Part shown: positions 19,401 through 28,000 of the stretch, piece by piece | How the letters are laid out: the number at the start of each line of letters is the position of its first letter | Numbering within the stretch: position 1 is the stretch's first letter | NCBI GenBank assembly: GCA_030059675.1 | Contig: JANVYQ010000004.1 | Location: 96,001-160,000 of the forward strand | Direction of reading: 5' to 3' | DNA from: Candidatus Pelearchaeum maunauluense | GTDB lineage: Archaea; Thermoproteota; Nitrososphaeria_A; Caldarchaeales; Caldarchaeaceae | Length of the DNA stretch: 64,000 bases | Program-made: the position numbers and the translations under genes | Notes under the pieces: generated by a model | The model's database searches: none | The model's input: only the letters and a program-made list of their open reading frames with translations | What the model was told of the DNA's origin: nothing

Positions 19401-20037
19401 AGTCAAAAGACTTGTTTTTGAGAAGTTCAAATTTATCAATCAAAAATCTGTCAGTGGTTATTAGGAGCTTGTAGTTGTCTTCTTCTATCTTTTTGAGCAT
19501 CTGATTCTTCTCTTTTCTCTTCATTCCCGTGTGGTAGAACGCTATATCATCGCCGCGTAGCCCCATGCGCTCTGCGAATTCTAGGCATTTGGAGGATACT
19601 TGGTCGACTAGTATGCTGTTGGGGAGTATGATGTAGCATTTGCTTTTCTTATGTTTTATGAGGTAGAGCGCCATGATTGCGCAGAAGACGGTCTTCCCCA
19701 CACCCGTTGGTGCTACTATGGCAATGTTCTCATCCAGCAGGACGCGGCGCGCCCATACTTCTTGGAGAGACCATGGCTCGTAGCCTAGAGCCCGCCAGAA
19801 CTCATGCCTAAACTCGCCTAGCCTCTTTTCAAGCTCAGCCACTATCGCGTATCTCTGGAGCTTCCCCCTCTCCTCCAACGCGCGCATTATCGCTTCTGGA
19901 GTAGCTGGTTCGGGAAGTACGCTAAGACACGCGCTACAGACTCCACCCCTAGCTAGACGCTCTGCCTCAATTCTCCCGCCACAATTGGGACATAGCTCAT
20001 CCAGTAATAGCATAACTTTCTCCTTGCTTATCGTCAT
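16429..20037 (-). CDS. rgy: Reverse gyrase
   Basis: N-terminal Zn finger, APTGVGKT, DDVD, QASGRTSR, IVESPTKA, SAGRVQTP, ITYHRTD, GIGRPSTY. Confidence 0.97.
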   Translation of the reverse strand: MTISKEKVMLLLDELCPNCGGRIEAERLARGGVCSACLSVLPEPATPEAIMRALEERGKLQRYAIVAELEKRLGEFRHEFWRALGYEPWSLQEVWARRVLLDENIAIVAPTGVGKTVFCAIMALYLIKHKKSKCYIILPNSILVDQVSSKCLEFAERMGLRGDDIAFYHTGMKRKEKNQMLKKIEEDNYKLLITTDRFLIDKFELLKNKSFDYVFVDDVDSFLKSPKNIDRVVMVLGFEPDVVDKALRLIELRRRLSYVDDRKLEHEYDMLSSYIERLKKEKHGRLIVAGATLRPKTTRRVLIFSELLDFEPGTSPKFVRNIADFYLREEKLLSRTVELLKEHGKGALVYTPVARGKSFARRLTEKLVEKGIRAYFYETMEEGILDRFKAGEFDALVGLSSGRSPFARGIDLPETVRYAIFVGVPRREVKMEKDETNPNKLFALLSNVIDIIDEDVKPRALQILQSLRRIVPMRRDSVDRVREALQSGKTPGGQLGYLVRIVKQATEFIQGLLTPDFLERVEESSDITIRVRDDSFYIIIPDTYGYLQASGRTSRLYAAGVSRGVSILLVDDEKTFTGLTRRLKLVLEDFDWIEYTVEEARRQFGEVDREREVIAQIRAGQITIPRTSIAREALMIVESPTKAKTFAKFFGKPYKRRVGDLTLYTTSSGGVVLQIAATMGHVTDLAISPGFYGVLIDDGRFLPVFSPIKRCRRCGYQFVEEDSCPSCGSRDVFSKQDIIEALRKAALSVNEVYVATDPDAEGEKIAYDITSALQPYNPNIYRLEFHEVTRKALLRALSEKRKVSDNLVAAQLVRRIEDRWLGFELSRRLWERFGSRGHSAGRVQTPVLGWIVKRMEEAKKRKTILRTVLENGLELSFENPTEAQDLDKEALFVEVTDVHEEVRELNPYPPYITATLLRDAFAYLRFSVDTTMQIAQELFESGFITYHRTDATTVSSVGLNIAREYIQTNKLGEFIARTYAREGAHECIRPVRPLDRNKLQQYIQIGIIKPTVAITERHLRLYDLIFRRFIASQMEAAVVAGQKYKARLSTYELEVDAVVEVLHPGFNKVFPTISVSKRVEEGRYRVVDFSVKTVPAAWPYTEGDIITLMRERGIGRPSTYSKIVRVLFERGYVFANRGRIIPTKKGRTIYQYLEENYGKYVSEETTRRLEELMDRIEAGEKDYQEVLEQLRAQTEEISIKQA

Positions 20038-20250
20038 CCATCAAAAACACATAATAAACATTCATGAGAAATGTAGTCGTTGGTTGTGGAGTGTGTCTGT
20101 TCTTTGTCAAGTATGTGCGGCAACTATTTACTTAACAGCATTTTATTTAGTCATTTAGACAATAAGAAAACCTGAAGCATGTTATTATGCCATACATGAT
20201 TTGGTCGGGCAGTATGAATGCTTATATTTCACGCAAGTTTTCGTTAGGGT

Positions 20251-21231
20251 ATGCTGAAACCGCCGATACAAGAGCTACAGACATATTACAAGACTATACG
20301 CACGCGCAGGATGCAGCTTATACTAAAAGTGCAGGCAACAACCTTCAGGGGAATACGCGACTACCTAGATAATAACGGCTTCACAGAGCTACTCCCACCA
20401 ATCATAGGCCCTGTAACCGACCCTGGAATACGGGGTGCTAAGCAGGTTACGATAGATTATTATGGGAAGGAGTATAAGGTGATGAGTAGCGCTATCCTGT
20501 ATAAACAGATGGCCGCAGCCTCACTCAATAAGATTTACTTCTTCTCACCCAACGTTAGGCTTGAGCCGCTGGAGACGGCTACCACGGGAAGACATTTGGT
20601 TGAGTTTGTCCAGGTGGATATAGAGGAGGCCAACATAACATATGAGGATGCTATGCGGACTGCGGAAAACCTTGTGGCGCATATAATCTCGTATGTCGTT
20701 GATGAGGCAGCTCCATATTTCGAGGAGCTGGGCAGAACTCTAAGAAAATTCAAGCCACCATTCAAGAAAATAACCCACAAAGAAGCTGTCGAGCTGCTAC
20801 GCTCAAAGGGTGAAAAGGTAAGCTACTACACCGAGATACCCTGGGAGCAGGAGGAGAAGCTATCACGCATGTTTGACGAGCCCTTCTTCATAATAGACTA
20901 TCCAAAGGGCGCGCGTGGTTTCTACGACATGGAGGACGACTCAAGGCCTGGCATTCTGCGTGATTTTGACATGCTTTATCCTGAGGGGTATGGTGAGGCA
21001 ATCTCGGGAGCTGAGCGGGAGTATCGTTATGAGAAAGTCATAGCTAGGATGCGTGAGAGTGGTGAAGACCCAGCGAAGTATGGCTGGTATCTTGACATGC
21101 TCCGTGAGGGAATACCTCCGACAGCGGGTTTCGGGATAGGTGTTGAGCGACTCACCAGATACCTATGCGGCCTATCAGCGGTATGGGAAGCGCGCCCGTA
21201 TCCAAAGATAGCGGGAGTATATTCCCCCTAA
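20251..21231 (+). CDS. asnA: Archaeal asparagine synthetase A (AsnRS catalytic-core paralog lacking the anticodon domain)
   Basis: GPVTDPG, SPNVRLE, RHLVEF, GEAISGAERE, GFGIGVERL; 326 aa. Confidence 0.85.
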   Translation: MLKPPIQELQTYYKTIRTRRMQLILKVQATTFRGIRDYLDNNGFTELLPPIIGPVTDPGIRGAKQVTIDYYGKEYKVMSSAILYKQMAAASLNKIYFFSPNVRLEPLETATTGRHLVEFVQVDIEEANITYEDAMRTAENLVAHIISYVVDEAAPYFEELGRTLRKFKPPFKKITHKEAVELLRSKGEKVSYYTEIPWEQEEKLSRMFDEPFFIIDYPKGARGFYDMEDDSRPGILRDFDMLYPEGYGEAISGAEREYRYEKVIARMRESGEDPAKYGWYLDMLREGIPPTAGFGIGVERLTRYLCGLSAVWEARPYPKIAGVYSP

Positions 21232-21247
21232 CCAACTCCTCTAATAG

Positions 21248-22627
21248 GTGTCCAATCTTTTGTCCTCCACCCTACTAAAGATATTCTTCAAGCTCTTTAG
21301 AGGTTCTGAGAAGATAGCAGCGGCCAGAGGCTTCATAGAGGCATACCCTGTTGATGAGATTACTCAGAAGGCGCGGAGAGGCAAGGAGGCGGTCTTCCCG
21401 TTTGGCGAGAAGGAAGAATTCGGCAAAGCGCTTCTGGGAGCACCCATCTTCGAGCAAGCTCCCCTAAGGTATGATACACTAAGTAAAGTATTGCTGGTTC
21501 CGCCGCTCTTCACACCTCTACGCCTGAAGAAGATGCAGGAAATACTGCGTGAACCTGTATTTACCGACGTAGATACACGCGTGGAAGTGGGAGGCTTCAG
21601 CTCGTCTATGCCAGTCTGCATAGCCTCTATGGGCTCAACCGATGTCTTCAACAAGGTGTCACTACAGGTTGCTAAGGCTGCCGCCGAAGCTGGAATACCC
21701 ATGGGCGTCGGTGAGAACGTGGCAACGGTCTGGGGATATGCTCAACGCCGCAGAGCCTCGCAGCCATGCTTCAAAGAGAGGGTAATGACATACTTACAGC
21801 ACGCAGAAGAGGGGAAGGGGGGAGTATTCATACAGCAGAGCGTGGAGGACGCGTATGACGAGCTGTGGAACAAGGTTTACTCAGACCCAGACATCACACC
21901 GTATATAGAGAAAGGGCAGGTGGCGTTTGAGATAAAGCTGGGCCAGGGAGCCAAGCCGGGAATAGGCGGGGAGACCTTCGTATCACGCGACATAGCTCTT
22001 AAGATACGTGATAAATACCATTTTGACGACGACCCAGCTACCGTTGTGAAGCAGGTTTATAGTAGGCACTCCGCTCCTGGAACGTTCACGGCAGACATAC
22101 TCCGTAGCATGCTTCGCCTGATGAAGAATAACTATCCGCGATGCAGGATTTGGGTTAAGGCGGGGCCTTATCGGGATGTTGAGGAGGTTGCGCAGATTGT
22201 CCATGAGCAGGAGGCGGAGGCTATGTGGATTGATGGGAAAGAGGGGGGAACTGGGATGAGTCCAGTCATAGCGTTGAAAGACCTTGGATTGCCTACGCTG
22301 GCCTGCCTCCAGAAGATAAAGAGGATGCGTGAGCGTGGTTTGCAGCTTGATACGATAGTCTCTGGCAGGATAATTAATGGTGGTGATGTGGTGAAATCAC
22401 TATGCATGGGGGCCAGCGCTGCGGGTATGGGAAGACCTATAGTGGTAGCAGCCTACGCCGCTGGGGAAGAAGGGGTTAGACGATTCCTAGAAGCTCTCAA
22501 GATGGAGATGCAGCTCCTCATCTCTGCGCTGGGCAAATACTCAATAAAGGAGCTGGGAGACGAAGACCTGAGAGCCGCGACACCAGAGCTAGCTAGAAGT
22601 CTAGGAATAAAGAGTGTGTATGACTAG
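21248..22627 (+). CDS. FMN-binding glutamate-synthase-like protein
   Basis: EIKLGQGAKPGIGG, IDGKEGGTG, DVVKSLCMGA. Confidence 0.8.
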   Translation: MSNLLSSTLLKIFFKLFRGSEKIAAARGFIEAYPVDEITQKARRGKEAVFPFGEKEEFGKALLGAPIFEQAPLRYDTLSKVLLVPPLFTPLRLKKMQEILREPVFTDVDTRVEVGGFSSSMPVCIASMGSTDVFNKVSLQVAKAAAEAGIPMGVGENVATVWGYAQRRRASQPCFKERVMTYLQHAEEGKGGVFIQQSVEDAYDELWNKVYSDPDITPYIEKGQVAFEIKLGQGAKPGIGGETFVSRDIALKIRDKYHFDDDPATVVKQVYSRHSAPGTFTADILRSMLRLMKNNYPRCRIWVKAGPYRDVEEVAQIVHEQEAEAMWIDGKEGGTGMSPVIALKDLGLPTLACLQKIKRMRERGLQLDTIVSGRIINGGDVVKSLCMGASAAGMGRPIVVAAYAAGEEGVRRFLEALKMEMQLLISALGKYSIKELGDEDLRAATPELARSLGIKSVYD

Positions 22628-23085
22628 CTCCTCATCTTGGCTAGGTTGATAATCATATTATAATCATCGTCGTTCAGCTCTCTTATGCTTCCGCGGAAAG
22701 CGCTGGGCCAGCGTTGCTTATTCTTTATGAACGAGAGCTGTTCTAACAGCTCCTCGGCTGGTAAGGACTTCTGCCAAATCTCAGCATCCTCCAGCTCTAT
22801 GGAGTAGTCAAAGTTCTCGGAGGGCTTGCCAACTATGTTAAACTTCTGCGCAGGCGTTATCGGGTGCGCTTTGCTCGCTATCCTAGCATGGCCAGCGAAT
22901 AGTCGGCCCTCACTACTGGAAACGCAGAAAATAACATTATCACCAGGCTGTAGTCTCTTGATGTTCCGAGCTCTGCTATTGAGAGACCAGAAGCGATGCT
23001 CAACACTATTACGCAAAATATCCCACGCGGGAATCCTAATCCCGCCATGAATATGGTCCTTAACTATGAAGAGCCAGTTAGCCAT
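22624..23085 (-). CDS. EVE (PUA-like) domain protein
   Basis: NWLF, LQPGDNVIFC, LSFIKNKQRW, IRELNDDDY. Confidence 0.8.
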   Translation of the reverse strand: MANWLFIVKDHIHGGIRIPAWDILRNSVEHRFWSLNSRARNIKRLQPGDNVIFCVSSSEGRLFAGHARIASKAHPITPAQKFNIVGKPSENFDYSIELEDAEIWQKSLPAEELLEQLSFIKNKQRWPSAFRGSIRELNDDDYNMIINLAKMRS

Positions 23086-23191
23086 AACACACTCTCAAGC
23101 TATTGATAACGCAGAAGGGATATATCGTTTAATTCATTGTTTGGGGCTTTGATAAACTTAGCCTCAGCGGCGTGTTTATATGTGGTGTTGT

Positions 23192-25009
23192 TTATAGAAC
23201 CGTAACAGATTTTGCCAGGTTTCTGGGCTTGTCGGGGTCGTAGCCCTTCAGAACAGCAAGGTGGTATGCTAGGAATTGGAATGGTATAGAGTATATTATG
23301 GGTGATAGTAGTGGGTTTATGTCGGGCATCCCCACGAAGTAGTCTGAGAGCTCTCTCACGTCATCGTCATCCTCGCTTGCCACAGAAATAATACGAGCCC
23401 CTCTAGCTTTCATCTCCATTATATTACCTATGTTCTGCTTTCTGCTCTCATCTCTGGGGACTATGAAGAATACTGGGTAATTCTTCTCTATGACGCTTAT
23501 AGGGCCATGCTTGCTCTCTCCAGCGGGGTATGCTATGCTGGGTATGTAGGAGAGCTCCATAACCTTGAGCCGCGCTTCTAGGGCTGTGCTGTAGCTTATC
23601 CCCCTTCCAAGGAAGAAGAATGACGAGCTATTCATAAGGTTTTCCGCTATCTCCCTCATCTGCCTATCCGTTGAACTCACCACCTTCTCGGCTATCGTTG
23701 GTATGGAGTGGAGCGTCTCGTAAAGCTCGTCCATCTCGTACTGGGCTAACTTACCTTTCAGGCGCGCGAGGCGTAGAGCTAGCTGGGCCAGCACCAATAC
23801 CTGCGATGTGAATGTCTTGGTCGCCGCCACACCTATCTCTGGACCAGAGTTCTGTACTATGTATGCGCGTGATATTCTGGTAAGCGTTGAGCCTACAGTG
23901 TTCGTGATTCCGAGTATCGTGGCAGCTCTCAGGCGTGCATACTCAAGAGCGTTGAGAACGTCAGCCGTCTCCCCCGACTGGCTCACGGCGAGTATCACAG
24001 TATCAGCGCTTATCGAGCTTCCATAATTGTCGATGAACTCGGAAGCTATTATAGGGTAGGTTGATGTTCTGGCTATCTTGGAGAATATGTAGGAACCAGC
24101 TATGCATGCGTTATATGATGTTCCAGCGCCGAGAAGGAAGATGTCTTTGCCCCTGTCTATGAGCTCTGCGAGCAGGTCTACGTAAATCTGCTGTAGGTGG
24201 AGGACGTTTCTCAGGGCGTTTGGTTGCTCGTAAATCTCTTTCAGCATGTAGTGCTCGTATTCCCCTTTCTTGGACATGCTGACAGCCCAGGGGATTAACG
24301 TGGGTGAGCGGTTCACCTCTGAGCGTGTGCCCAGCTTTATTATCCTATAACCATCGCGCCTTATTATCGCAGCCTCCCCATTATGTAGGAAGACAGCTTT
24401 CTGGGTGTATTCTAGGAAGGCGTTGGCGTCTGAGGATACTAGGTTAAACCCTCCCCCAACCCCTATTGCCAGCGGCGCCTCATTACGTGCTACATATATC
24501 GCTTCTGGGTTGCCTGCTATTATCATGGCAACGGCATAAGAGCCGCGTAGCCTTGATATGGCGTCCAAAAACGCTGTATCAGGCTCTGCGCCGCGCTTGA
24601 TGTTCTCCTCAACCAAGTGGGCGATAACCTCCGTGTCGGTCTTTGAGATTAGGCTGTGGTCTAGGTCTAGAAGCTCGCGCCTCAGCTCTATGAAGTTCTC
24701 TATAACCCCATTATGGACAACGGCTATCGTCTCTGTGCAGTCTGTGTGTGGGTGAGCGTTTATCTTGGATGGCGCGCCATGCGTCGCCCATCTAGTATGG
24801 CCTATGCCCACATTGCCAGGTAGGTCGTCCAGATTTAAGCGCCTGTGTATCTCCTCAATCTTCCCCTGGTCCTTCTTAACATAGAGCCTCCCTTTGAATA
24901 GCGTCGCAACCCCAGCCGAGTCGTAGCCCCTATACTCCAGCCGCGTCAGCGCTTTATGAAGAATCGGCGCAGCGTCCTCAGGACCTATGTACCCGACGAT
25001 TCCGCACAT
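23192..25009 (-). CDS. glmS: Glutamine-fructose-6-phosphate aminotransferase
   Basis: MCGIVG, LEYRGYDSAG, HTRWATHG, SQSGETAD, PRNLAKSVTV. Confidence 0.97.
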   Translation of the reverse strand: MCGIVGYIGPEDAAPILHKALTRLEYRGYDSAGVATLFKGRLYVKKDQGKIEEIHRRLNLDDLPGNVGIGHTRWATHGAPSKINAHPHTDCTETIAVVHNGVIENFIELRRELLDLDHSLISKTDTEVIAHLVEENIKRGAEPDTAFLDAISRLRGSYAVAMIIAGNPEAIYVARNEAPLAIGVGGGFNLVSSDANAFLEYTQKAVFLHNGEAAIIRRDGYRIIKLGTRSEVNRSPTLIPWAVSMSKKGEYEHYMLKEIYEQPNALRNVLHLQQIYVDLLAELIDRGKDIFLLGAGTSYNACIAGSYIFSKIARTSTYPIIASEFIDNYGSSISADTVILAVSQSGETADVLNALEYARLRAATILGITNTVGSTLTRISRAYIVQNSGPEIGVAATKTFTSQVLVLAQLALRLARLKGKLAQYEMDELYETLHSIPTIAEKVVSSTDRQMREIAENLMNSSSFFFLGRGISYSTALEARLKVMELSYIPSIAYPAGESKHGPISVIEKNYPVFFIVPRDESRKQNIGNIMEMKARGARIISVASEDDDDVRELSDYFVGMPDINPLLSPIIYSIPFQFLAYHLAVLKGYDPDKPRNLAKSVTVL

Positions 25010-25074
25010 TCCTACGCCCCCTTGGCGGCGGCTTGTTGGTGGTTCTTAAATATGGGCAATCACATTATTTTACC

Positions 25075-25093
25075 GGTCAAATATTATTTGACC
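25075..25093. promoter_or_regulatory. Perfect 19-bp palindrome, candidate operator
   Basis: GGTCAAATA-T-TATTTGACC between divergent glmS and an HTH regulator. Confidence 0.65.
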
Positions 25094-25105
25094 TGGGGAT
25101 GTTAG

Positions 25106-26038
25106 TTGGCTGATAATGCGGAGATAATAGCGCGGGATAGGAAGATAGGGACGTTGCTGGTTAATGACGCGGAGATTATCAGGATATTATCAACCAGGCG
25201 CGGCGCTAGGATAGCTAGGCTGCTCGCTGAGAGGAGTAGCTATCCTGCTGAGATAGCTCAAAAACTAGGTGTGAGCAAGCAGCTGGTCTACCACTATGTA
25301 AGTAAGATGGAGAAGAGCGGCCTTATAAGGCCTGTTGACGGGATGCGTGTTAGGGGAGGGCAGGCCAAGATATACAAGATGAATGTTGATGCTGTTAGTC
25401 TTGTTCTGAACCCGCGGGGGTGGAAGCCCGCCACCGCTAGGCACATACCTGAGAAGCTCGGCTCCTTCCTCTCGCCTATAGTGAGCGGAGGCCGCCTCAA
25501 CGGGCTTGTTGTCGTAGGCTCGCCACACCCACACGGCCCGTTTAGGGCTGTAGCCACAGACGGCCACTATGGATTCCAGCTCGGCCTCTTCATAGGGCAA
25601 TACGCAAAGATAGGCGACGAGTTCGCTGTACGTCTAGATGTTGATGTCAGGGCTGAGAAGCTATACGAGCAGAACATGATACTGCTGGGCGGCCCTGGGA
25701 CGAATATAGTGACATCCATGATGAACCCGCATCTCCCGATTAAGTTTAACGAGAGCAACTATTGGGCTGGTATAGTCTCGCCCACGCAGGTTTATACCTA
25801 CGAGTCATGCGGCTTGATAGCCAAGATACCCAACCCATTCAGGGAGGGTTGTAGTGTTATCGTCTTGGCTGGTCTTAGGGCTGTGGGCACGAAGGCTGCC
25901 ATAATGATGCTCACAACACGCTACGAGGAGTTGTTGAGGGAGTATGATGGGGAAGATAGCTGGGCTGCTGTTGTGATGGGGATAGACCTGGACGGCGATG
26001 GACGTATAGACGAGGTTGAGCTACTAGAGACGACCTAA
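25106..26038 (+). CDS. ArsR-like HTH transcriptional regulator with C-terminal alpha/beta domain
   Basis: YPAEIAQKLGVSKQLVYHYV helix-turn-helix; C-terminal VVGSPHPHGP and GGPGTN motifs. Confidence 0.8.
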   Translation: MADNAEIIARDRKIGTLLVNDAEIIRILSTRRGARIARLLAERSSYPAEIAQKLGVSKQLVYHYVSKMEKSGLIRPVDGMRVRGGQAKIYKMNVDAVSLVLNPRGWKPATARHIPEKLGSFLSPIVSGGRLNGLVVVGSPHPHGPFRAVATDGHYGFQLGLFIGQYAKIGDEFAVRLDVDVRAEKLYEQNMILLGGPGTNIVTSMMNPHLPIKFNESNYWAGIVSPTQVYTYESCGLIAKIPNPFREGCSVIVLAGLRAVGTKAAIMMLTTRYEELLREYDGEDSWAAVVMGIDLDGDGRIDEVELLETT

Positions 26039-26614
26039 GCGGCGCTCAGCCTTCTCAAGGTCTTCAGGCGTATCTATGTCAAGTAGCTCTTCCTCACCAA
26101 CCTCAATAAGCCCAGCATTATTGATGTGAGCCAGTATCACGCTCTTCGCTCCCGCGTCGCCAGCGAGTTTCATCAGCTCTGGGAAAAGTTTTCGCGAGAA
26201 TATGGCTGGGTTCATCGGCTCACGCCCACGCGAAGCAGCCACAACATCATAACCACCATCTAGAAACATGGCTAAGAGCCGTCTTAGGGTATTTCCCGAT
26301 ACCAGCGGCTGGTCTCCCAAGAGGAGGAGAAGCCCATCAGCCATCGGCTCAGCCCACCTAGCGGCGATTCTTATTGAGGAGGAGAGTCCCTCCCATGGAG
26401 ACTGGTTAACCAGCAGCGCGAAGCCCTCCAAGCTGGTGAAAAACCGTTCATAACCAGGCTTGACCACCAGAGCCTTATATCGTATATCTAGTGGAGACAG
26501 GCTATCTATTACCCAATCAACAACACGTTTCCCACGTAGTTTCTTGAGGAGCTTATCATCTCCAAACCTGGTTGATAAACCAGCCGCTAACACCGCAGCG
26601 GCAATGTTACGCAT
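26024..26614 (-). CDS. MocA/YgfJ-like nucleotidyltransferase
   Basis: LAAGLSTRFG..KLL, LGDQP, GDAGA, DIDTPEDL. Confidence 0.88.
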   Translation of the reverse strand: MRNIAAAVLAAGLSTRFGDDKLLKKLRGKRVVDWVIDSLSPLDIRYKALVVKPGYERFFTSLEGFALLVNQSPWEGLSSSIRIAARWAEPMADGLLLLLGDQPLVSGNTLRRLLAMFLDGGYDVVAASRGREPMNPAIFSRKLFPELMKLAGDAGAKSVILAHINNAGLIEVGEEELLDIDTPEDLEKAERRLGRL

Positions 26615-26659
26615 GCAAGGGAGTTGTTGGTGTGAGAAATATTTAAGATAAATCGCCTA

Positions 26660-27085
26660 TTGCTTGAGGTTATGCTGGGACATATCTCAAAGACTCAGGA
26701 GCCTGCTACTTGTGTTGTATGTAAGCGCGAAGGAAGGCCTGGGGAGCAGTTTCACTACATAACCGGCCTGGGCGCCGTCTGTATGCGCTGCGGCCTAGAG
26801 CTGGTTGATTGTAGCTCATGTGGTAAGAAGGTTAAGCGAATCACGATTACCGTTTTGAGGGGGAGAGCCTTGTGTCTAACATGCTATAAGGCCGAGCGCG
26901 AGCGTGGCGAGAAGCGTATCCTAAAAGAGGTGGTGGCGGACAGCCTAGAGGCGTTAATGAAGAAAGTTGCGGAATCAACACCAGAGGGCTTTAGGTTCGT
27001 TGGCGTCAGGCTGAAGACAAGCTCAAAAACAACATGGCAAGCCGAGTATGAACGAGAAGATATCTTTGAAATGAGATGCAGCTAG
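26660..27085 (+). CDS. Multi-Zn-finger protein
   Basis: Four CxxC pairs in the N-terminal half. Confidence 0.7.
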   Translation: MLEVMLGHISKTQEPATCVVCKREGRPGEQFHYITGLGAVCMRCGLELVDCSSCGKKVKRITITVLRGRALCLTCYKAERERGEKRILKEVVADSLEALMKKVAESTPEGFRFVGVRLKTSSKTTWQAEYEREDIFEMRCS

Positions 27086-27199
27086 AGTATATGGCCGTGA
27101 TATCTACGCTGGTATTTCCATAAGATTATGAAGCTTATGCTTTGGTTTGAAAGATATTAAATCGGAATCAGCGCAGTAGCGGCGGCGGAGAATTAAGTC

Positions 27200-28000
27200 T
27201 TGAGCGGGGGCTGGAAAAATATCTGGACGCTGTTCAGCAGGCCTGGGGAGCGCATAGAGGTAGTAGAAACAGGCTACGACATGGTAGATGACCGCGAGGA
27301 GTTCAGACTTAGGATAGAGAAATCCCTATCCCAGCTCAGAGGGCAGATTGAGCGGCTCAACAACAAGTACAGAGAACTGGCCGCGAGGAACAAGCTATAT
27401 TTCGAGAAATGTATCGAGGCACTGGTAGCTAGGGACGAGGAGAGGGCTAAGATATACGCCTCCGAGATAGCTGAGATTAAGAAGCTGGCCAAGATAATAA
27501 TACATAGCCAGCTTGTCCTGCTCCAGATAAGGATTAGGCTGGAGAGCATCCTAGAGCTAGGGGAGGTTCTCGTCCTAGTAAGGCCGCTCATAACCCTGCT
27601 GGAGAATGTGCGCACAGAGATAGCTGATGTAGTCCCAGAAGCTTCGGAAAACCTCCGCTCACTCGCCAACACGATAGAGAACTTCATAACCGAGTCCGAG
27701 ACGTATGTCGAGCCACCGCCCAGCCAGGCTCTTGAAGAACTCTCAGACGAAGCTAACTTCATCCTAAACGAGGCCAGGAGGATAGCCGCTGAGAAGGTGA
27801 AAGAACACTTCCCAGATATACCAACGCTCACAGAGGAGGAGAAGGCAGTATATTCCTACGTGATGTCCAACCAAAATGAGGAGCTGGACCTGGACGAGTG
27901 CGCATCGCAGCTGGGGATAAGACCCGAAAACCTACAGGAGATATTGAGGAGATTGCAGGAGAAGGGACTGATAGAGATACAGATAGGGGAGGTTAGCTAG
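27200..28000 (+). CDS. cdvB: ESCRT-III / CdvB with C-terminal winged helix
   Basis: Snf7 core (ERAKIYASEIAEIKK), MIM2-like FPDIPT, C-terminal wHTH. Confidence 0.88.
   Translation: MSGGWKNIWTLFSRPGERIEVVETGYDMVDDREEFRLRIEKSLSQLRGQIERLNNKYRELAARNKLYFEKCIEALVARDEERAKIYASEIAEIKKLAKIIIHSQLVLLQIRIRLESILELGEVLVLVRPLITLLENVRTEIADVVPEASENLRSLANTIENFITESETYVEPPPSQALEELSDEANFILNEARRIAAEKVKEHFPDIPTLTEEEKAVYSYVMSNQNEELDLDECASQLGIRPENLQEILRRLQEKGLIEIQIGEVS

Noticed and set aside
20140-20172. Imperfect inverted repeat upstream of asnA
   Set aside because: AT-rich and gapped; could easily arise by chance.
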